NCBI RefSeq assembly: GCF_000315625.1
Contig: NW_005434594.1
Span: 310,045-374,044, forward strand
Reading direction: 5' to 3'
DNA from: Guillardia theta CCMP2712
Lineage: Eukaryota; Protista; Cryptophyta
Length of the DNA stretch: 64,000 bases
Under the pieces are notes generated by a model. It searched no databases and was not told where the DNA came from. It saw only the letters and a list, made by a program, of their open reading frames with translations. The position numbers were made by a program, and so were the translations under genes. Positions 42,900-53,784 of the stretch are shown here, piece after piece. Every line of letters starts with the position of its first letter. The stretch's first letter is position 1.

Positions 42900-43110
42900 T
42901 TTAGGGGGTAGGGTAGTACCACCTACCCTTTCAATTGATCCCATATTTTGTGCTTCAAAGGGGTGGAGAGAAAACTGTAACCATTACCCTACCCCCCTTT
43001 AGGGATGTCAACAAAATTCAGAATAAGGGTGGGGTAGTATTCATCACCCTGCTGTTCTAGTACTCTTTAATCGATAATATGGAGGTAGGGTAGTACCACC
43101 CACCTGGGAT
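42900..43110. promoter_or_regulatory. TACCC/GGGTA tract between divergent genes
   Basis: Clustered GGGTAGGGTAGTACC and CCCTACCCC words. Confidence 0.5.
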
Positions 43111-43731
43111 GAAAGATGTGTTTCTCAAAGCATCGAAGTTTGTGCGACACATAAAGAGTTCGGAAGACAAGAGGGAGCGAGGGGATGGAGGGAGCGAGGG
43201 AGGGAGGGAGCGAGGGAGGGAGCGAGGGAGGGAGCGAGGGAGGGAGCGAGGGAGGGAGCGAGGGAGGGAGCGAGGGAGGGAGCGAGGGAGCGAGGGAGCG
43301 AGGGAGGGAGCGAGCGAGGGAGCGAGCGAGCGAGGGAGAAAGATGAGTGGTAATGAGGAGGGGAAGGAAGCGACGAAGAGAGGACAGAGGGAGGAGGGAG
43401 GGAGGATGACATGGAGTAGAGGGAGGAGAGACTGAGGGAAGTGGAAGGAGAGGGGAGCTGGAATGCAACAGGCTGAACATGAGTGGAAAAATGAAAGCAG
43501 AGAAACTTGAGGAACCTGAGGAGGCAGCAGACTGACTGAGGCAGGGAGGGAGGGAGGGAGTGAGTGAGTGAGTGAGGGAGGGAGGGTTAGTCCTATCGCC
43601 CTAGTATCATGATACCACCTGAACATCGTCGTTGAAGTAGTTTGTAGAATCACAGCGTTCTCCTCACGGAATGTCAACGGGTTCCTCGCCCTGTCTTACT
43701 GTTCTCCTCGCAGGCAGCCACACCCGTCGAG

Positions 43732-44553
43732 ATGAGCAGGCAGACGTTGAACCAGGTGCTGAGGTCGTGCCAGGCGATCCTGCCCAAGAGCGAGAGCTAC
43801 AAGACTCTGCTAGACAGCTCGGCGAACAAGCGAGGGCTGTCGAGAAAGCTGGACCTGCTGCTGCGGGAGGGGGTCCACGATATGAAGGTGTTCGGGCTGG
43901 GTTTCCTGAGGAGCATCGCGAGCAAGGATGAGTACGTTCACTTCACCTCCTGCTCCTTCCACTTCTACCGGGAGATGGAGCGAGAGCTCGACAGGAAGGC
44001 GGAGGAAGGGGCAGTCGTCGGCAGGCTGTGGAGAAAGTTCCCTGAGCTGCGCAGGGCGGAGAGGCTGAGGGAGGATCTGCGAAACGTGGGTGCAAGCTCG
44101 GATCCTACTCTTGTTCCGATGAGCCCTGCCACGACAGCATACTGCGCATCGATCCGCAGGGCGGGGGAGGAAGAGCAGGGAGTGAGGATAATCGCGCATA
44201 TGTACGTGAGGTACTTCGCGGATCTTTTCGGAGGAAGGGCGCTAGGGGCGCCGACCAAGTACGCGGTGCAAGAGCTGAAGCAGAGCCCTCCTCTCTTCTA
44301 CCAGTGGGATCGTACGGTGGAGCAGGACAGGAGGGCATACATCGAGCGGCTCTATGTAGCCATCAACGAGGCGGCGGAGGAGGTGGCGAGCGAGGAGGTG
44401 GAGAAGAGGATTGTGGAGGAGGCGAGGAGCGCGTTCCAGCACAACGCCAACATATACACAGAGGAGGAGGGGCTGTACGGGAAAGCAGCGCAAGGTGCTT
44501 ACAAGCTGGTGACGGGATACGCCATGGCTAAGGGCCGACAGCTGATGAGATGA
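43732..44553 (+). CDS. Heme oxygenase-family protein, intronless
   Basis: Proximal-His region LSRKLDLLLREGVHD, then FPELRRAERLREDL, IAHMYVRYFADLFGG and EEARSAFQHN, matching the HO motifs AHxYTRYxGDLxGG and EAxxAFxxN. Confidence 0.85.
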   Translation: MSRQTLNQVLRSCQAILPKSESYKTLLDSSANKRGLSRKLDLLLREGVHDMKVFGLGFLRSIASKDEYVHFTSCSFHFYREMERELDRKAEEGAVVGRLWRKFPELRRAERLREDLRNVGASSDPTLVPMSPATTAYCASIRRAGEEEQGVRIIAHMYVRYFADLFGGRALGAPTKYAVQELKQSPPLFYQWDRTVEQDRRAYIERLYVAINEAAEEVASEEVEKRIVEEARSAFQHNANIYTEEEGLYGKAAQGAYKLVTGYAMAKGRQLMR

Positions 44554-44821
44554 GACGGGATGTTGTAGTAGAACGTGTTTATTGTTTTTAGACTCAGATT
44601 ACATGTAAGATATTAGAGATACAGGCAGACAAAGTGTGGGATGAGAGAATGGAAGAAAAACAAACTCTGTTCTCTCTTGCGAATTGCCTCCCTTATCACT
44701 CACTCACTCACTCACGAACCTCGGCCTGCGCTGCCTCCATTTCGGACCTCTTCTCCACCCCCCCCCCCTTCTCTCCCCTTCTTTCGTCTCTTCTTGCCTC
44801 CTCCTCGCCTGCCTTCTCCCC

Positions 44822-46554
44822 TCAACGCATGCTCACGCCGCAAACACTCTCAACCACTTCCGGTGAATCGTCTGTGAGGTACCTCGGAGATGAGCCCCGT
44901 AAGTTGGTCACTACAAAAGTCGGTCGAATCCTGCCAGTTGAGACAGTCGTGTAAGGCCTCTTGTAGCCTCCTCCTCCTCCTCCTCCTCCTCCTCCTCCTC
45001 CTCCTCCTCCTCCTCCTCCTCCTCCTCCTTCATTGAGCTGAAGGAACTTGAGCGATCTCAGAGACAAAGATATCTGCATCGACAGGTCGTCTTCCTCTAC
45101 CCTCCCCGGCCGCTCAGGCTTGCATGAAGACGGGGCGATCAAGGCAGCGAACGGCAGGTCGGACTGGTACTGGACGTTGGTGTCGGCAACCTGGATGGAG
45201 TAATCGGGGGAGGAGGAGGAGGAGAGCTCTTGAGCCCAGCCCTTCTCCTCCTCCCTCGTCCTGTTGTGACTCCCCTTCTTCTCCTTGATGACCCGCATCG
45301 CCGCTTCCCTCTTCCTCCTGAGGTCCTCCTCTTTCCTCTCCCGCGCCATTCTCAGCCTCTGGCTTCGCTCCTCCTTGGCCTGCTGCATCTTGGCAGCGGT
45401 GATCTGCGTGAGCGACGTGTAAGTCGACTTCACGCAAGGGAGGCGAGAGGAGGAGGAGAGAGAGAGAGGTGAAGGGATGAGGGGGGGGGGGGCTTCTGGT
45501 CTATGAAGGAGGACCTAAGAGGAGGAGAAACGAAGGAGGACGGACAAAGGATGAGGAATAGGTACCAGTGAACAGCACTGAAGAGGGAAGGAGGGAGGGA
45601 GGGAGGGAGGGAGGGAGGGAGGGAGGGAGGGAGGGAGGGAGGGAAGGATAGAGAGCGAGGGAGAGGGAAGAGGGAGGAAGGACAGAGAAGATTGAAATCA
45701 AATCACTTGATTCTTCATCTCCTGCATTTGGATTCTCCTTATCTGGTGCTCTTTCCGCATTTTCGTAACTTGCTCGTGCTTGGACTTGGAGAGCTTGTGA
45801 GAGGACGAGGACCGATCAACGAGCAGGTCCGGCAGCTCCCCGGAGTTCTCATCCTCAACGCTGTTGTCATCATCTGCAGCAGCACAGCATCGTCATCCCT
45901 GGCCTCCTCTAGGAGCCAACACATCGTGTCAAACTTGTACCTGAGGGCGACAGCCTCTCGTGGAACCTGCTCGGCGATCGGGACTTGGTTGACGGGCTTG
46001 ACCTCCCGCTGAGCTCTCTCCACGTGCTCAGAGAGCTGGCCGAGCTTGAGCATCGTTCAGCCTTGAAGTGCTGGGGGATCACTTCATGCAGCTCTTTGTC
46101 CTTGAGGGAGGGGAACGTCGCAGTGTACAGAGCACGAACGGCCTCGCGGCTGCGCTGCTCATTCGGATCCTCCGCCGTCTGTCTCCTCTCACAGCAGGAG
46201 GAAGCTCTTTGGCCCGCGCAGCACCAGTCTACATCCTCCTCTTTGGATTCGACGGAGAAGGCCAGCAGCTCTTCGATGCTCCGCTCCCTTGGGGTCGTTC
46301 GTACCCGCATGTAGACGTCCTCCCCTTCTTCCAGCTGTCGCCTCCACATTGAACTCTTGCTCAAACTGCGGTACCCCATCTCGCTCGCAGGCCTTGAAAT
46401 TTTCTTCCGACGCATGTTGCTGCTGTATGACTTTTTATGGTTCGATCGCTGTCAACTCAATCTTCCAGGCTTCCTCCAGTCTCTTCGTCACATCCGCACA
46501 AGCCCAACAGCAATAACTTCTCACTCAAACGAGCTTGTCCTTCTCATCAGTCAT
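44822..46554 (-). CDS. Hypothetical coiled-coil protein (multi-exon, boundaries approximate)
   Basis: Linked coding-like minus-strand ORFs (45909-46415, 45739-46053, 44822-45433) with a charged helical segment. No family recognised. Confidence 0.45.
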
Positions 46555-46841
46555 GTCTCCTGAAACACATCATGAGGAATCTGATAGAAAGCATTCAGTC
46601 TGATGCAGAAGACAGCCAATCTGCACACCAAACATCAGCAAGAGCAGTGACTTCAAGGTTCAGATGATCATAGCTCTTTCGTGTTTATCAGCCTTTCCCC
46701 AATCTGTCTCTCCTGTCCTCTCTCCTCTTCCTCACTCTCCCTAAGTTCAGGCTTGCCGGCCTTCTCCTCCCCTCGTCTCCCCCAGTTCCTCCTCGTACTT
46801 TACTCCCTCCTCCTCGTCCTCGTCCTCCTCCTCCTCCTCCT

Positions 46842-46877
<36 letters not shown>

Positions 46878-47039
46878 CTCGTCCTCCTCGTCCTCCTCGT
46901 CCTCCTCGTCCTCCTCGTCCTCCTCGTCCTCCTCGTCCTCCTCGTCCTCGTCCTCGTCTTCGTCTTCTGCTCTCCCCTCCTCTCCACTGTCCTCTTCATT
47001 CCGGCGCCTCAACCATTCTGGTACCAAAGAGTGAACGAT

Positions 47040-47220
47040 CACGAAATACCCCTACCCCCCCACGGCCCTTATAAGAGGCACGATAAGAAGGGTACTTGAA
47101 GTATATCCACCCCCCATGTCAAATACATTCCCGTGGGGGTACTGTAATCTATTGAAAGGAGGGGTACTTCATAGTACTTGAAAGGGGTAGCTAGAATTCA
47201 AAGGGGGGTGGTGCCGGCAC
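47040..47220. promoter_or_regulatory. TACCC/GGGTA tract
   Basis: TACCCCTACCCCC and GGGGTAC several times, upstream of a minus-strand gene. Confidence 0.45.
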
Positions 47221-47730
47221 GAAAAAAGAAGTCAAATGTACAACTTCTTATCAAATGGTTTGTAGTTTGTATGCTTGCTGAAGGTGCGAAAGGTAGAAGA
47301 ATGAGAGGGAGAGAGAGGAAGATGAAAGGAGGGAGAAGGAGAAGGAGAGGGAGAGGGAGAGGGAGAGTTCAGGGCAGGGAACCAGGGCGAGGGGGAGAGG
47401 GAGGAAGAGAAGGAGGGTGGGAGAAACAGAAAACAGGGATAGGGACAAAGGGAGAAAGCGTGAAAGAGGGAGAGTAAGAGAAATTTGAATGAGCACACAA
47501 AAGTATTACTCGAGGGAGTGACGAAAATGAGGTAAAGAGGCAGGCAACACGACTGGGAGGACAAGAGGGAGGGATGGGTAGGGAGGAAGTGAGTGATTAA
47601 TAGTGAGTGAAGAGGCTTTAGAGCTGTGCGACGTGGTTATGAAGTTATTGGAGTCAGTTGGTGTCACACCCCGAAGCTTTACGGGTTGCAGACGTCTACA
47701 GTGAATGCTCAACCTCCGCTGGATCACACA

Positions 47731-47830
47731 TAAAGGTGAAAAGTAGAGGTAAGGAGTTTATTTGAGAAGTAACACAAACACAAAGGTGAAAAGTAGAGGT
47801 AAGGAGTTTATCTGAGAAGCAACACAAACA
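47731..47830. repeat. 50-bp tandem duplication
   Basis: AAAGGTGAAAAGTAGAGGTAAGGAGTTTAT(T/C)TGAGAAG(T/C)AACACAAACA occurs twice back-to-back. Confidence 0.95.
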
Positions 47831-48859
47831 CAGCAATGGTTCGTGGCGCACACAGCAAAGACAGACCACCTTAGCAGCAGTTGACGATCCTTTGTAGTCC
47901 AGGGTACTCCTGCTCAATAAGATTGCTTCCTGCCGAGGCTTGAGCTCACCTTCGCAGAGCTCTGAAAGAGGATTGCGACAGGTTGGAGAAGAGTAGGGTA
48001 GATGAAAATGCAGAGAATGGTTGAACTTGACTGTCAGTCTTTCTGCTCCCCAATGCTCGTCTTCATCACTTTAAGGGTATTGATTATACAGAGTTACATA
48101 CATCATCACGACTCCTCAAGCGCGATCTTTGATCTTCTCGGCTCCATTCACACTTGTGTTGTCGAGTGAATCATAGTCGTTGATCATAATTGTGATGCTT
48201 TGAACGCATGATAAGTGGAGCGTTCATCCCAAATTTGAAGATCCGAAAAAGAACTTTTCCAGAGATTTTGTGCTTCATCGAATCATCGATTCTTTCTTCC
48301 CGTCGCTATGGTTGTAACAGTTTCCCGTGATCATTGTCGCAAATTTCATGATGATGGAAGGCAAATAAAGGAGAGAGAGAGGGAGATTAAGGAGGGAAAA
48401 GAGGTTGACTCAATTGTTTGTTCTTACTTTGCTCACGTTCATATCAAGCCATGTTCACTTTCTCCATCTGAGGTGTCATGAGCATCATCCCAGCTGCTCA
48501 TCCGCTCAAATTGTGTTGGGACTCCATGTCAACGGCATGAATTCATGGGAGAGATCTCTGCTCGATTGTCTCGCAAAATTGACAATGCACTGTCCTTGTT
48601 ATCACTCAGTTCGAGCCAACCCCGTTCAGGGCGTAGGGTTGGCAGCATGTTGAAATGTCAGACATACTGCTTGTTTTGATGTTGCGACACATCTTGTTAC
48701 CATAAAGCACTCTCGATCAACCTTATCTGTTCCATGCATCGTTGAATATTGGGTCTTCGTTGCATCCAATCGATACACTTTGGGGCATTGGAATGAATAG
48801 TATTTTATTTCTTTAATGCGACAGTTACACTAATCTCAACATGCTACATACAACCGAAT

Positions 48860-49045
48860 TTACGAGCGGTTGTAGAAGTAGTCCCAGTGGTTGCGGGCGC
48901 GGACCCAGTCATCGTAGGCAGCAGCATCGTTGGCCTTGTAGTAGGTGTCAGCGGAGGCGTTGTAGAGCTGGCGGGCCTGGGCGTTCTGGCCGGCGGCCTT
49001 GGCGTAGAGGGCAGCAGCGGTCTGGCCGTAGAGAGTCTGGAACAT
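48860..49045 (-). CDS. 61-aa Ala/Tyr-rich small protein, copy 2 (candidate Tri/ejectisin, RebB-like)
   Basis: Protein identical to 41244-41429. Nucleotide differences are only ACC/ACT (codon 4) and GAC/GAT (codon 45). Confidence 0.8.
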   Translation of the reverse strand: MFQTLYGQTAAALYAKAAGQNAQARQLYNASADTYYKANDAAAYDDWVRARNHWDYFYNRS

Positions 49046-49339
49046 CTAGAGAGAAGGAGTCAACAAACATTCAACACTTGATTCCACAACACAACCACAT
49101 CTCCATCTATCTACCCTCACCCCAACTACACTCCCCTGATGCATGGGGAAGAGAAGGTAAGACGAAGAAGGTTCACTTCATCGCTCCACCATCTCTTCTT
49201 CCCTTCATCATCTCTTGACCATCATAATAAGATCCACACATATTAGCTTCAATGACATTTTCGTCTCACCTTCCTAGTGCGTGAATGTTGCTTGATCTCG
49301 TCTTATATTGAGCTCGTTCTATTTCCGGGATTCCCGATT

Positions 49340-50800
49340 TAGACCACCCACCCTAATCGAGCTCCGTTCACAATTGTCCTCAAATGTACCCCTGTATTTC
49401 ATAGTAGATCGATGGGTGAAAGACGATTTCTGATACACACCGGTGATACAACCACCCCCTGTTGTGTGACCTGAGCGGTACTGTCGTGAGACCAGTAAGC
49501 ACATACGGTAAGGTGGGTGGTGGTAAAATCCCAGGAGGGGTCATGGCTGTTTGAGGGGAAAGCTAGGGGTGTCAAGCTACCTACTGTTGAGTAAAGAAGG
49601 TTGGATGAGTCGGAGCCGCCCGGCACGGGCCCGGATGTCCGATTTGCCGCAGTTGCGGCCGGAACTGAGAATCGTCCAGGCCGGCCCGGCGCCCGGCCGC
49701 GGGCACTCACAGCTTCTGAGACGTCGATCAGAGTAGCCTAGTGCCGCACATCAGTGTGGCAGAAAGAAGGAGCGAAACTCAGAGCTGGCAGTGGGTCGGC
49801 CCGGGGCCCGGGACCCGGGCCGGGCCGCCCGGGCCGGCGTATGCGAGCCAAGCCCGCAGCATCATGAATCATCGGAGTCCGGGCCGGTGATCCGATCATC
49901 GGATCATCCGATGATGATCTCTCCCGGCCCAATGATACTGGGCCGTCACGGCGCCGCGTGGCATACTATGGCATAGCCTAGCCTACGGTCACCGATCCCG
50001 GCACCGACCATCGGACCGGGCCAGCGGCCGCGCCGCGCCTGAGTGTCCGGGCCCCCAGCCACTGCAGCCTGGCCGGACCGGCGAACGGTCGACCCCGTCA
50101 CTCAGAACTTCGGAAACGACCGTACTATACGAGCCCCCGGCCCTGTGTCAGCTCTCAGAGTCTCGCTTCTCCGAGTCTGCCGCAGTGCGGGCCGCTGCCA
50201 CCGCGCACATGATCAGTCTTGACCCAGACAGCCAGGGCCTTGCGCCCGAGGCCGCAGTGCGGCTCAGTGCCGGCCGCGCCGGCCCGGGCCCTCACTGGCA
50301 GGGGCGGCCGCGAACTTCCGAAGCCTTGAAGGAAGCCCGGCTGCCGGCGGGGCCCGGGCCCGGCGGGGCCATAGCGTTGTCGGGTCAAGGAACTTGCTGA
50401 CAATTGGGATTTGTACCATCTTCACTCAAAGTTAAGTTAAAAATCAGTACGAGGACAATAATGAACCAGATCCAGGCGTTTTCCAGTACAAAATTGTGTG
50501 TGAGTAAAAAATCCAAGGATTGGAAGGTTGGAAAATCCATTTCCAGCGCTGCAAGTTCAACGGCAACCGGGGGTAATTGAGAGCTTAGATAAGTAAACAG
50601 TTGTTCCTATTGCCTTTGCATAGGATCACTTAGGGCCTTGTATAGTGGAGTAATGATTTGTACCAGAACCTGATGGGTAGGCGTGGTAATATTTCAAATG
50701 ATTCGAACCCAACGGACGCGACAGGGGGGTGGGGGGTACAGGTCTTGGTCTGGTACTGTAATGGGTACCTTTTAAAATACATTTAGCAGAGGTGTCTCCC
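49340..50800. promoter_or_regulatory. TACCC tract, long GC-rich tract (49600-50400), conserved motif (50424-50458) and a second GGTAC tract
   Basis: Same vocabulary as the other modules. The motif is 31/33 identical to 2412-2444. Confidence 0.55.
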
Positions 50801-52829
50801 TCCCCATCTCCCTGCCCTCCACACTTGCGCATCCCTATCCTTCCCTGTCCATGAGTCTCAGACTCTCGTCAGACCTTCCCTGATGACCCTCAACTTTCTT
50901 TGACGCCTCTGTCTGCCTTGTCCTTCCTCAACTTGCTGGAAATTCAAACTCTGAAACCATGCCCATGAGTTGACAAGCACTGAGTTTCTCAGTTTGAATG
51001 CGGGAGGAAAGATGATTCATGGAATGAAACCCAGGTGTGCATATATCAAGCTGATGGATACGAGTCGTATAGCACTGGCAAATGACTGTCATTTTACTTC
51101 TCAATGATACAGCATCAAGAACTTGCTCTCGATCCATCAGTACTTGCAAAGGGTCATTTTTCAGACAGAACTTCGAGTTCATCTTTATTTTGCGTCGATC
51201 CACACGATGACATCTGGTTGATACACTATGTTTCATGAATAGTAAGAAAGAAAGGCTGAACTGTGCACCGCTTGATTGAATTTTCTACAATACTCTTCAA
51301 TTGTGTAAGAGAGCATGTCACATGTAATCATACCAGGCAAACAAGTCACAGTATCGCTCCAAACCGCGTTGTGCTTGAAACTGAGACTCTACATGAAGAT
51401 GTTATCGGACTAGTCGAATGATGTACAACTTTATGGTGATACGTGGTTTAGAACTGTTGCAAAGCGGAAATGGGAATATGTAGCGGCCTAGGTGATGTTT
51501 TCAACGTACTTCAATAAAACAAAGCCAAGTTGTTGCTAACAACATCATCATTTCTCCATGAGCCTGCATGACCTGATGTACATGTTAGAGAAGTCGATGC
51601 TCGTTCATCAAAAGAGTGGTTAGACAAGAAATTGGTAGATACTTCTGCGCAGCATTCTTGTGTATGTGGAATCGTGCACACTCACCGTCGTGTGGAAGTG
51701 TTTGCACATTCTTCTGCGCAAGTCTCATACCTTGTCCTTATCATCTGGAATGGTTGACTTTCGCTGCAAGTAATATGAGCAGCGCAAAGTTGGCAAACTT
51801 ATCCATATGGTTGGAATGCCGGCGATGTATTGCAGCCTGCATAGCACCTGAGCGCTTTGTTCCACTTATCGCTTGGTTCCAAACAATTGATGATATCGCA
51901 GCATGCAACTCGCGTTGGCCCAAGGATGTCAAGCGAGGAAAAGATCAGAATGATGGAAGGGCAAGAATGCAGCGAATAAGAGAAGCTGGTCAGGCTCAGT
52001 TTACTTTGTGTAAGAAAATGCCAATGCTTTGTACATGTTAGGTTACAAAGAAAGAGGCAAGAAAGCTCTGGTATGAGAAGAAAGATTTATTCAAAAGGGT
52101 ATGTCCATTTTCGTCTGCATGATTCAATCGGATCCAACATCAATCAACTGCTCCTGATACCATGTCAGTCTAGTCAAAACAAAGATATCAGCACCTTGAA
52201 AATTTCTTGCTTCGACTCGAGGTGAAGGAAATGAAATATGTTTTACAATTCTATAAGGGGTATCGTTTTGTCGCTCAAAAGCGTCTTGATTGTAAGTCAT
52301 CAAATGGAACACGACATGCAATCAATTTGCAAGTCATGCCTTCATGTGGTACCTCATCACTGCCATTTGATGAATGCACTGGTATTCCTTGAAACTCTTT
52401 ACATGCCTTGGCAATACTCTTGCATATTGCTCAGACCGCCCTCAAGCCCGACTCTTTGCAGCAGATTCCTATAAAATAAGTACAGATCATGCTTGCTTCA
52501 TGACTTCCTACTTATTGCTCATGAGAGTCAATGTCATCCATCGTACAGCGCCACTAGCGGACGGTCCGTGCGGAGTACTCCTTATTCAAGCTGCTAAACT
52601 TGAATCTATGATGATCAACCCTCTTTACATGTGTTTGCAATCACAGAGATGTTTTCAGACTGCTGCGCTCACACCCGGCCCAGATTCTGCAGGGATTGCC
52701 TCTGCTTGTCCTCGTCTGAGCTCTCCTGATGCAGATGAGTCACGTCTGCGTAACATTCACTTGCTAACCTTGGATATGCAACCAGGGAAGGGAAGGGGCA
52801 AGGCTTGAGAGCTCCCTCTGATCTACAAG

Positions 52830-53380
52830 GGTGGTCTATGTTGGTCGGAGGCAGGGTAGGGTCCAAAACTTGACCCCATCGGAGAAGGCACTTTCACTGG
52901 GAAACAGGTGGGTCCAAAGCATCATAGTTTGAACAGGGGAGGTACCGCATCAACTATTTTGGTACAAGTTTTCCTAACAGTACTCGAATATGTACCATAA
53001 AATTGGTACTGTTGGTACAATTATTTGCTACCAGGAAGTACCCTACCCCCTTAAACAGGTCCCAACCAATTTGAATCAGCTCCCAGCCGTCTGACCCACT
53101 CCAGACCCCAACTGCCATTTGCTATTCACATATGTGGAAGGATACCCCCACAGAAAACTATTGGAAACCAGAGGGGTCAGTTGAGAGCGACAACGCTATG
53201 GCCGCTTCAAGTGTTGAACCGGGCCCGGGGAGTGCCGCACTGCGCAAACGGAAGTTTCTGCAAGAACTACTCCCACCCCTCAGGGCCTCTGGAAACAGTG
53301 ACAAAGACTGAGATCGGACGTGACAGGGGTTCAGTCAGGCTTTTACCGTACGGCTGAGGGCCTCCCGAGTCCAGTTTTTA
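52830..53380. promoter_or_regulatory. TACC/GGTAC-rich tract upstream of the kelch gene
   Basis: Clustered GGTAC, GTACCCTACCCCC and GACCCC words. Confidence 0.45.
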
Positions 53381-53404
53381 TTGTTATTTTTCAAACTTTA
53401 CTCA

Positions 53405-53465
53405 CAAAGTTGCAAAGTTGCAAAGTTGCAAAGTTGCAAAGTTGCAACGTTGCAAAGTTGCAAAG
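53405..53465. repeat. (CAAAGTTG)n octamer tandem repeat, about 7.5 units
   Basis: Directly visible, with one CAACGTTG variant. Confidence 0.95.
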
Positions 53466-53784
53466 CTGTGGCCGCATCGGGGGATTTCATGGTGCTGGAA
53501 TGCCAGGGCGGGAAGGAGGACTGCAGGCAATGGCGTTCGGCTTCCTGTGCGTCCTCCTCCTCTTCTTATCCATGGCAGTAATCCTCATGTTCCTGCGAGA
53601 GAGCATTGTCCTTGCTCTATGACAGACACAACCTCGCGCCATGGGGTGTTTTCCTTCGTCATTCTGACAGCCGAGGTTGCCTGGGGGTATTCCATGTCCA
53701 TGATATCGAGCTAAGCTTTCTCAGTGTGATTGTATGGTTGAATGGGTACAAGTGAAGTGAATTTCTTCATTGAGTTCATGTTTC

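Noticed and set aside
47731-47830. CRISPR-like repeat
   Set aside because: Two adjacent 50-bp units with no spacer, in a eukaryotic context.
40471-50448. 10-kb DNA transposon bounded by 25-bp TIRs
   Set aside because: No TSD and no transposase, and the same motif occurs unpaired at 2412. Kept only as a symmetry observation.
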